Source of the DNA: Eledone cirrhosa
Taxonomy: Eukaryota
Reading direction: 5' to 3'
Length of the DNA stretch: 64,000 bases
NCBI GenBank assembly: GCA_964016885.1
Contig: OZ024744.1
Coordinates: 90,272,001-90,336,000 of the forward strand
The notes below the pieces were generated by a model. It was not told the DNA's origin. It made no database searches and saw nothing but the letters and a program-made list of their open reading frames with translations. Position numbers and translations under genes: made by a program. Shown here one piece after another: positions 13,053-25,000 of the stretch. Position 1 is the stretch's first letter, and each line of letters starts with the position of its first letter.

Positions 13053-16000
13053 GCAAACAGAAATAACAAAGCAAACAACACAGTACAATGAAGAAGTATA
13101 TTATTAGTTTTATGCTTGATACAGTTGGAAAAGAGTCTTAGCGTTTCGAACACTAGTCTTTCATCAGAAGAAAGAATGAGAAATTAGAAAGATTTCCTAG
13201 AGATGATGTGAATAAACCTGTTTTTTTCTTTAAATTCTTTTTCGTTTTTGCCACTGTACTTAATATAATAATGAAATTAGTGTGTACAGTGCTCAGGTGC
13301 ACTACAACTCGTCAAAGGTGCATGTATAGTACATAGAATAATACACAAATGTCAGGGAAGTGAATAGTGTATGAGTCATGATATACATGTGTGTATGTGT
13401 ATGGAGTGGGAATATTAGGTGTAGTGTTGGCGAATCTCGGGAAGCATGGAAGTTTTAAAGGATGCAGTGTCTCGACAGCTAACAACTGATGCAGGTAGTT
13501 TGTTCCATGCTTCAGCAACTCTGAGCGTGAAAAAATGTTTCTGAAAGTCATGGGAGCTGTGCTGTTTTCTGACTTTGTGGGCATGTTCACGTGTGTTAGA
13601 CACATGGAAATCAAAAAGGTACTCAGGGTTGTTGTTGGCAAGATGGTTAACAATTTTGTGGGTGTTTACCAAGTCAGTTGCCAGGCGTCGGAGCTTCAGT
13701 GTATCCATGCCCAGGGAAGCAAGGCGCTCAGAGTATGGTAGATGCCTGATGGAGGGTATTTGCTTGGTTGCACGTCTCTGAACAGTTTCCAGGCGATCAA
13801 TGTTCTGAGCAAGATAGGGGTTCCTCAATTTTTCTATTTCTTCTTTAGTTTCACATTCTATTTACTGATGAAGGACTAGCATCCGAAACATTAAGACTCT
13901 TTTCCAACTATATCAAGCATAAAACTAATAATATATTTCTTCATTGTACTGTGTTGTTTGCTTTGTTATTTCTGTTGGCCTTTTGCATATATACACAGGG
14001 TGTTCCCCAAAAATGTATACGTACTTTTAATAGAATGCTGTTGAAGTGTGTATACATTTTTGGGGGACATCCTGTATAATGTATATATATTGTATCTGTA
14101 TATATACATATAAACACACAGACACACACATATATATATATATAGCAAAATAGTCAGGACCCCGACGGCAGAGCTCAAGCCATTTCGGTGGCTATTTCTG
14201 GACTTGAGCTCTGCCGTCGGGGTCCTGACTCTTTTGCTATTACCCACTCTACTATCCAAAGTATGAAGTACTCTGGTGCGTTACCACATTTCCTTTGTTA
14301 TATATATATATATATATATATATGTATACATTATAAAGAAAGAAGAAACATTAGACATAAATAAATAAATACCTATTTTTTCTTCAAATTCTCAACTGTA
14401 CAGTTTTGTGGCTACTTTTCAAAAATCCTATATCGTAGAGATGTAGCATTCTTGTGAGGTTTGCCAACTTATCAAGAGAATACCTCATTTAAAGTTTCAA
14501 AACAGGTCTGCATCGCGTGAAAGAATCCCAGTAAGGCGGAGGGATCTTATCACATGATACAGCGGTCAAGAAACGGAGCTAAATCCCTTGTAGCAACGAA
14601 ACATGCCACAAATGGTTGAGGGGGCATTAATACAATGCTGAGGCTACAGACGGGGTGGTAAGGAAGATTAGAAGTGTAAATAGTGTTAGCTTGAAAGCAG
14701 TCACTATACTTCTGTGGTTACTTTACCATGAGGGAGTTATAGACAATAATGAGAGGTACACAGATACATGCGAATACATACATATACATAGACATACATA
14801 TATACACATATATCTCTCACAAGTATGTGAGATTGTGTGTTGCCAACCTTAACTGTTGTTGCTCTATGATTAAGAGAGACAAAATAATCGGAATAATTAA
14901 ATTGACTCTATATCAGAGCTATGTAATACATTATAAAGAAAGAAGAAACATTAGATATAAATAAATAAATACCTATTTTTTCTTCAAATTCTCAACTGTA
15001 CAGTTTCGTGGCTACTTTGCAAAAATCCTATATCATAGAGATGTAGCATTCTTGTGAGGTTTGCCAACTTATCAAGAGAATACCTCATTTAAAGTTTCAA
15101 AACAGGTCTGCATCGCGCGAAAGAATCCCAGGAAGGCAGAGCGGGACTTATCACGTGATACAGTGGTCAAGAAACGGAGCTAAATCCCTTGTTTTCACAT
15201 CTATCTGTGTACCTCTCATTATTATATATATGTATATATGTGTGTGTGTGTGTGTAAACCTCTTCTCATTTATTCTATCTAAACAGGTATTCTTTCTTTC
15301 ATTTCAGCTCATACAAGAGGTTGAAGGTTGGGATGAAAAGTGAGTTATACTATTATTCATCATCACTTTCCATCTATCTTTCCATGCTGGCTTGTGTTGA
15401 TTCTTCATATTACACATGCAAACATTTAGACACATAGTCATGCATATTATTTCAGGAAGTTTAACTAAGAATGTAGGCTTCATATGCAGCAGCTGTGCTG
15501 GGACAGCAAGCAGCAAACGACCATAGGAAACGGGCACCACCAAACTCTGGGAGGGCTCTGTAGAAACAGTAGACAGCTTCTGCTACCTAGGTGACCGAAT
15601 TAGCAGTGGAGGTGGGTCTTCTGAAAGTACAATAACTAGGGTAAGAACGGGATGGAAGACGTTCAGGGAGCCACTGCTAGCTGCAAAAGGCTTTTCCCTC
15701 AAAATGAAAGGCAGACTGTATGATGCGTGTATACGAACAGCAATGTTACATGGTAGTGAGACCTGGGCGCTGTCTGTAGAAGACTTGCACAGATTAGAAA
15801 GAAACGAAGCCCCATGCTCCAATGGATGTGTAATAGTAATATACGCGAACGGCAAAGCATAAACGAATTGAGAGAGAGACTGAGCATAAGAGGAATCAAA
15901 TGCTGTGTGCAGGAGAGGCGGTTGTGTTGGTATGGACATGTGATGCGTATGAAGGATGACAGCTGCATAAAAAGGTGCAGAGCACTAGAAGTCGATGGAA

Positions 16001-19000
16001 GCCACGGTGTGGGGAGACCCAAGAAGACCTGGGATGAGGTGATAAAAGCCAACCTTATCCAATTACACCTCTCAAAGGCGATGACACACGACCGTAACCT
16101 CTGGCGTCGTCACGCAGTAATACAGAGTACCCGCCCTCCCATGGGTACAAGCTGAAGCATATAGACAATATACCCCCACACCCTCCCACTACAAGGTGGT
16201 CGTGGAGGTGCCACGGCAAAAATGCACCCAGCCCACACTGTAAAGTGGACGTGTAGGCGCCACGGAAAAAAAAGCACCCATCACTCACTGTAAATGAGGT
16301 TGGTGTTAGGAAGGGCATCCAGCTGTAGAAATCAAGCCAGAATCAGTTCCTGTATGAGCAAGACAAGGTCAGCCGACTGGACACTGCCCACAACAGGAAA
16401 CCCGTCTAACTCATGCTTAGCGTGGAAGAATGGGCGTAAAACGGTGATGATGATGATGATACACTTCCGTCCCAAATAATACGGTTGTTGGAAAATCAGT
16501 AATTTTTCTAGGTTGTCTCCATTGTTTGTTTTTTTTTAAACCAGAATTAGTCATTTAGTTTACATATTGAGACCCAACCCATCCTATTTGTGTTATAACG
16601 TTTGGGATTTCTAGTAATGTACTTTTTTTATCATCTATAATTTTTTTTAATGCATAAAGAAAATTAATTTGTCACAGTAACACTACCACTTAAAATAAAA
16701 TTTTGCTGGAGATAGATCAAAATTTAATAAGCGGGAAGATGGGGGGGTACGATTATTCGAGACACAAAAGTATGTGTGCGTATATATTTATATACACATA
16801 TATGTATGTATATAAATATATGTGCATGTAAAATGACTCTCTTTTCTTTCCTTGTCCAGATATCGTGAACTTTCTGACAGCTGTGAACAATCAAATGCTG
16901 ACTACTCAGAAATGCAGGAGAGGCTAGCATTCAAAGAAAATGAGCTCGAGGTAAGGGCTTCCCTCACAGTATGTGTTGATGTTGCTGTTGTTTAACTATG
17001 TTAGCCCTGATCCATCAGATCTATGATTACAAGCACTGACGACATGTCCATGTTTCTTCTTCTTTTTTTTATAGAATGCAATTTGGTTGTCATTTCTAGC
17101 AGGTTGAATGACCACATAGAGGCTTTATAACTAGTATCCAATCCAGAGCCTTCTCATTCCTGTTAGAGGAACCCCTTCTTGCTTGACCTCCACTGCTTTC
17201 TGTTTGGTTTTTGGTCATGTGAGGGGTGTAGGGGTATTCACCATGTTTGGCCAATTGTTTGTTGGTGAGGTTATTTAACCCATAGTTATAATGATATGTA
17301 TATACTATACCTTGTATCATTATCATCATTTTATTGTCCTTCCGTGGTCAGTAATATACTGTACCAGTAATATACTGGCATTGATTTCATAGGCTTTCCT
17401 TTCTCACAAAACTGCTAACATTGTGTCTAATTTAAAAACCATGGCAAAAGAGATCTGGTGGCTATTGTGAAAGAGGTTGTGTGGTGGAAAGGACTGAAGG
17501 CAGACACTTTCCTCTTCGGCCAAGCCTAATGTAGTGAGGAATGGCCTAAGTCAGAGGTGAGCAAACTTTTTGGATCTGGGGTCACATTGACTAGGTCATG
17601 GACACCAGAGGGCCACACCATTTATTATTGGATATAGTGTGCCAGTAACCTTACTTTTCTTTGGTTAGAATTTAGAAAATATAAAATATAAACGGCATCA
17701 TTATAATACATAGATTAATAAAATGATTAAATACAAAAATCTTAAAACCAAGTTTTCTTCTAATTTGTGTCTATACATCACAAAACATACCAGAACCAAA
17801 ACGTAACTACATCTAGTCTTGGCTTAAGTATTATAAACGAAAATTTGTTGAATTTTATTTTTTTTTAAATTCACTGAATGCTTCCAAGGGCCACACAAAA
17901 CTCTTTGGTGGGCTGCATTTGGCCCAAGGGCTGTAGTTTTCCCACCCCTGGCCTAAGTGAATAAGCCTACTCTGAGCATGTGCTTGTAGGCTGGAGAGTG
18001 CAGAGAGAAGGGCGTCTTCCTATTGTGCTCTTGGTGTTCATGATTGTCTTTGATCTGTGGGGTTCTGAATTTACCTGTGGGTGGTGCTCCCCTGCTATTG
18101 GGGAATTCTTTTGTTAAGAATATTCGTTGTTGCTTTGTTACCTGTTTTATTTTATTTTATATGCTTCTATATTATATGTAAATACCCACTGCTTCTCTCT
18201 CTTGAATTGTCCATAATGTTTTCAGCCCTAATGGCCAATAAAGATATTGTTATTATTATTAGGGTGGTGGATTGGCAGTATTAGTAGAACATTGGACCTC
18301 ATGATTTTCAGCATAGGGTTATGGCCCTTTACGTTCTGATTTCAAATCTCACAAAAGTTAGCTTTGCCTTACATCCTTATGGGGTCCATAAAATAAAGTA
18401 CCAATCATGCACTGGCGTCGATTTAATCGACTTTCCCCGCCCCCAAAATTGCTGGCCTTGTGCCTATATAAGAAACCATTATTATTATTCGGTAGAGTGT
18501 CGGACGCCATGCTTTGACGCATTGAGTTACAGCCCTTGCCATTCTGAGTTCAAATTCCGCCTAGGTTAACTTTGCCTTTCATCCTTACGGGGTCGATAAA
18601 ATAAAGTACCAGTAATGTACTGGGTAATTTGCTGGCCTTGTGCCTAAAGTAGAAACAATTATTATCATTACTAGTATTGAATTAATATCATTATTTTTTT
18701 CATGATTTCTTGCAGCAAATGAAAACATGTTTCCTGCAGCTGAAGTGTCTTGAGGATGACTGTAGTACCAGTGAAGAAACAAGAGGTGAAAAAAAAAAAA
18801 AACTTTTCTACTAAACTAAACACTGCTGCACTCACCCAACACATTCCCTTTGATCTCAGCATGGAGGCACATGGCTTAGTGGTTAGAGCATTGGCCTTGC
18901 AATCGAAAGGTTGTGAGTTCAATTCTCAGACCGGGTGATCTGTTGTTTCCTTGAGCAAGAGACTTTATTTCACATTGCTCCAGTTTACTCAGCTGTAGAA

Positions 19001-22000
19001 ATGAGACCACTGCAAAGTGGTCGTGGAGGTGCCACGGCAAAAAAGCACCCAGCACTCACTGTAAATGAGGTTGGTGTTAGGAAGGGCATCCAGCTGTAGA
19101 AATCAAGCCAGAATCAGTTCCCGTCCCACCCTTGCAAGCAGGGAAAAAGCGGACGTAAAATGAAATGATGATGATGATGATATATATATATATATATATA
19201 TATATTTGGTGTTAGGAAGGGCATCCAGCTGTAGAAAACCCGCCAGACAGTCCTATGCGAGCAAGACAACCACTCTTGCCTCAAGTGGGAAAACCCCCGT
19301 CCAAACCCATGCAAGTGTGGAACAGGGACGTTAAACGATGATGATGATGATATATATATATATATGAGCTGAATGGGCAGATAAGTACTTTTTACACACA
19401 CAAACACAGATGGATGGGTGTACAAATATATAACTAAGAATACACACACACACACACATAGGTAGGGAAATAGATATGTTTCTTTATTAGCCACAGGGGC
19501 ACAAATACAAAGGAGGAAGTTTACATACAATAAAAACGTGTAAAATACTATCACAAATGCAATTTAAAAATTAATCAATTTTTTTCCCCCCAATAGGGGG
19601 TGTCATTTCATATGGTTAACACATACCCCTGAAAAAATGTGCAACCCTCATCTCCAGGAGTACAAAGAGTTTGTACCCCTTTCCTCTATTCCTCTTTTTC
19701 CTCAACCTACAGGCTGATATAGAGAGAAGGCCCATTCACTCGGGCCATTCTCGCCACTTTCACCCACCTTTCATAAAACTTGCTGGGGTACAGCACCTCT
19801 CTCTCCAGCCTGATTCTTCTTCCAAAGTGGTATTTGAAAAAAAGAATCAGTTGTTGGCCGGAGAGAAAAGTGTCTGACCTCAGCCCTTTTAATCTCGTCC
19901 ACCATACAACCTCTTTCGCCATAGCTATCACACAAAGGAAAACCGCCTCTCCTTCGTTTTTTAAGGAGGGTGGTGGTAGAATCATGACAATGGACTCGGT
20001 GGTCAACTGGATTGGTCCCACCCGCGACAATAGTCGTTCTACATAGCCCCACAGGTCGGTGACGCCCGGGCAGTGTATGAATGAGTGCGCGACGGTTTCT
20101 TCGTCTCGCACGCATCTCGGACAGATCTTTTTTTAAGGGTCCCTGCCTGGGCGCCCATGTCTGTAGAGCTTGTCTCGAACTGGTAGAGCTCCTCGGTAGC
20201 ACTGCCAGGCCAGGGACTTTTGGAAGTTGTCCATCAGTCCCTGGATGAAGGTCCTACCGAACAGACTGGCCAGTTCGTCCTCCTTTGCGCCTAGAGTTTC
20301 TCCGAGCGCTTCGTCGTCGCACTTGCTGCGGACCAACCCTCTATAGAATGACGAAGTGGAGTCTCCACTGATCGCCGGGTCCGCCTGCCAGAGGGCTGTG
20401 AGCACCTGAGCACATTCGATGTGCCAGTCACCCATTTTCCTTGGTCTTTGCTTGACCCAGGACTGCAGCTCGGTCAGTGAGACGAGTCGTGGGAAGGCTC
20501 GGCTCACGAACGGGGCCCACACGGGTTGTCTGGTGAGGAATTTCACAAATTTTGATGGAGGTGCCGCAGCCTGAGCACGTGTTTGCGCATCGTCAGTCAC
20601 GGCATCCCCAGCCCTCCGTTTGAAGGGTGTTGGCAGCACATGGGTCTTCTCACCAAAGGAGCCCGCTTCTTCCAAAGGAATTGGAAGAGCGCGCGCTCCA
20701 TTTTGGTGAGCGTTTTGGCTGGACAAGGCGGTAGTAGATGATGGACGCTATAAAAGTGTTCGCCACCTCCGCTCAACCTGTAGCTGGACAGACATAGATT
20801 AAATGATGAATGGTTGGATAGGTCCACACACACACACAGATACACACACAAATGGATGGATGTACAGATATATAGGTAAGAATACACACACACGGGTAGA
20901 TTGATAGATAGATGAATGGACATATAGATGAATGAATGGATAGTCAAATAGGTACACACACGCACGCTAAGATGGATGGGTGACCAAATATATAGGTAGG
21001 CACACAGACACACACAGATAGATAGATAGATAGATGATTGGATGGGTTGACATCACCCTTAAACCATCATATTGCTATTGACCCAGCTAAACTTATGTAT
21101 GGATAGGTGAATTGACAGACAGATAAACATATAGATAGGTAGCTCTATAGATTGACACACATACAAACAAACACATGCACACTCACAAAAAAAAACACAC
21201 AAACACTCATTCACTTACAGAAATATGGATAAATTGATAATAGACAAACAGATACAGATTTGAATTCATAGAGAGACATGCCACTACAAACACTTCCACC
21301 TAACTAACATCCTGCTAGCTGCATATATGTACAGACATACATACATATATGTGCCACATCACCTTTTCCCCTTTAACCTTAAAACCTAAATTCTTGCCAT
21401 AACACTAAACACAATATGAATCTAACCCTTGTTGATTCATAGCTCTAAACTTTAATCTTAATTCTAAATTTTAGCTTAACCCTTTAGCATATCCAGCATA
21501 ACCCTTTAGCATAGCCCTACCAGACATATCCAGCCAGAATTCTCTCACCTCATTCTGTTCAAACCGGGTGTAACCGGCCACTCATATTGATGTTAAGGTA
21601 TTGTTCTAAAAATAAATAATATCAAAATCTCGAAGATTTGATATTATGTGAGATAAAGCCTTTACCACAAAAATACAATAGTAAATATAGAGTAATGTAA
21701 ATCGTTATCCTGTAATTTTATTCCATCACCCTAACCCTAACTCTAAAATTATATTCCTAACTTTGTTGCCCAACTAAATATTTATCTTTTACCCCCCCCC
21801 CCCCCCCCGTCTCAATTTTAATCCTTCACCCTTATTTCCAACTTAATCATATGTAATTAATGTTATTTTGGCCAGTTTAAATACTAAAAGGTTAATCGTA
21901 ATCCAGAATGGTTGTTTCTTAATCTTATTTTCTTGACCTTAACTTTATTTTAAGCTATGTCATTTACCTTATTATAAATCTTAATCACAACACCAAATAA

Positions 22001-25000
22001 ATACCAGAATCTGAGGAAATTAGTGATGGTTGGTGTTGGCAAAATTAATTAGTAAATTTCACAAATTTTGATTTTTCTACAATGAAAGGTTTTCCTCAAA
22101 ACATGAGAAACCCCATCTCCCCATAACATACTTAAGTCTTTAATCCTAATCTCATTATAATTTTAACTAACTCTAATCGGTAGCAGGATTATTTTCTTTA
22201 TCTCTAATCATTCTTTTGATTACTAATGCTAATGTCCATTTTAACTCATAATTCATAACCTGATCCTTACCTTAATCTTATTCTAATCTAATCCCTACAT
22301 TCACCCCTATTATTATTGTTACTTATTTTAATCTCATCATCATCATCACCATATGGCCATTTTCCATGTTTGCATGGGTTAGACAGATTGTCACATTATG
22401 GGACAAGTCAGGTCATGCGACTTGCACATACAGAACTGTTTCTGGCTTGGGTTCTACAGCTGAATGCCCTTCCTTATGCCAGTCATGTATGTTACAACGT
22501 GAACTGGGTGCTTTTTATCGTGGCACTAAAATAACCATCTAACAGTGGATGGGGGTGCTTGTTTTCTTGTGTTACCAACAGGACCACTTTACAGGGTGCT
22601 CAACATTAAAAAGATTAATTTAATCTCATTATCTGATCATAAATTTGAATCTTTACTTTCAGATCTTAATCTTAATTCCTATTATTCCCGTACTGGGTAT
22701 TACTCCTTAGTAGTCTAGATGAAAACCAGGTCTTGGATTTTTGGCTTTCACCCAGGCAGCCCAGGTTTAATTATCAGTATGGGAATTTAATTTTTGTCCC
22801 TAGGATTAGCAAAATTGTTAGCGTGTAAGACAAATAAATGCTCTGGAGTATTTCTTTTAGCTCCCTCTATTGTCAACTTTGCACCCTTCCAGGATCAATG
22901 AAATAAAGTACCAGTGAAATACTGAGGTTGAGGTTGATACAATCGACTTTCCCTTCCCCCAAAATTGTTGGCCTATAGCAGAAATCATTATCATTATTAT
23001 TATTATTGAAATTATTTTGTTGTTAAAAGATTATCGTCATTATTACTGTTGTTATTGGCAGTATCAGTAGAGCGTCAGACACCATTCTTTGCAGCATAGA
23101 GTTACTGCCCTTTATATTCTAAGTTCAAATCCTGCAGAGGTTAGCTTTGCCTTTCATCCTTGCTGAGTCGATAAAATAAAGTACCAGTAATGCACTGGGG
23201 GCAATTTAATCAACTTTCCCAAATTCGACTTTCCAAAATTGTTGGCCTTATGCCTAGATTAGAAACCATTATTGGTCGATAAAATAAAGTACCAGTAATG
23301 CACTGGGTAATTGCTGGCCTTGTGCCTAAAGTAGAAACAATTATTATCATTATTGAAATTATTTTTGTTGTTATTAACCCTTTAACATTTAAACCGGCCA
23401 TATCCGGCCAGAATTCTCTCGACTCTTTCTATTCAAACTGGTCATAACTGGCCGCTCAAACCAATGTTAAGGTGTTCTCAAAATAGATAACATAAAAATC
23501 TCATAGATTCGATATTATGTCTTTACCACAAAAATACAATAGTATATATAGAGAGTATTGTAAATGTTAAAGGGTTAAAAGATTATCATCATATCATTAA
23601 TATTATTGTAATCCCGCCGAGGTTAACTTTGCCTTTCATCCTTACGGGGTCGATAAAATAAAGTACCAGTAATACACTGGAATAATTGCTGGCCTTGTGC
23701 CAAAAGTAGAAGCAATTATTATTATTGTTATTGGTACTATCAGCATAGCATTGGACAACATACTTTTTGGCATAGTTATGACACTATGTTCAGAGTTCAA
23801 ATCCCATGGAGGTTAAGCTTTGTCCTTCTTCCTTTTGCACTTGATAAAATAAAGTACTAATAATACACTGGGATCGATTTAATCGTCTCCCCTGTCCCTT
23901 CAAATTGCTGGCCTTGTGCTAAACGTAGAAAAAATTATTATTATTGTTTTTATTTTATTTTTTATTTGTCCTTGTTTCTTGTAATTTTAGGTGACCACAA
24001 TCTTGTGCAACAAAAGATACAACAGATGTTGGATGTTTCTGAGGTGAGTTGTTAACCCCAGGTCAATCTTGATTAAGGAAACCTATTATTTAGAACATTT
24101 TTCACCATGACCATCTCGTCTTTTCAGGTTGACAATGACCATCTCGTCTTTTTAGGTTGACAATGACCATCTCGTCTTTTCAGGTTGACAATGACCATCT
24201 CGTCTTTTTAGGTTGACAATGACAACAAATTATAATTTATACTTTCTTATTTAAGTCGGTCTGGTTTTATTAGAGGGAGATTTGGCTAGTATTTCTAGAA
24301 CAACCTCGGGTGCAGAGTTCACTTTGTTGTATATTTTATTTCTTTCCTGTCTTCCCACATATCCTATGCATCCAGTGTCCATGTTTTACTTTCATGCAAC
24401 ATTACCCTTTCATAGGTCAAGTCACATGGATCAGTAGTTAGAACGTGGGGTTATAATTGTGAGGTTGTGAGTTTGATTCTCAGACTGGGCTGTGTTTTGT
24501 GTTCTTGAGCAAGACATTTTATTTCACGTTGCTCCAGTATACTCAGCTGTAGAAATGAGTTGCGACGTCGCTGGTGGTAATGAGAAGGGAGACTGGTATG
24601 CATGGGTGACAGACTTGTGCCTTGGAGGGGAAGTTTCTAGGTGCAAATCCCATGGTCATTTGTGACCTCAGGGGCTCTTTACCTTTACCCTTCATAGGCA
24701 ACCATTGAATATTCCACCTGCACTAGAGTAAAAGACTGAAGAGTCCTCACTACTCTGTATTGTCTGATACTGTAGTTCTCTTTTCCCTATTTTTCTCACT
24801 TGTTCTGGCAGATGAATGCAATGTTAAAACAATCCGATGAAGAGCGTGATCAACTGAAACATCGGCTGGAGATTGAGGCTGAGAGTCGAGTGGAACTCGA
24901 AGGTGAGTGTAATGTTTCCCTTAAGTGTTAGTAATTTGACTCGACTTAGTTTCAATCCCTGTAGAGAGTTGTGATTTAAATTGTATTGATAACACATTGA

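Noticed and set aside
18860-18935. SINE heads as functional tRNA genes
   Set aside because: They run straight into SINE body and tail in several copies, with no proper acceptor stem or T-run terminator.
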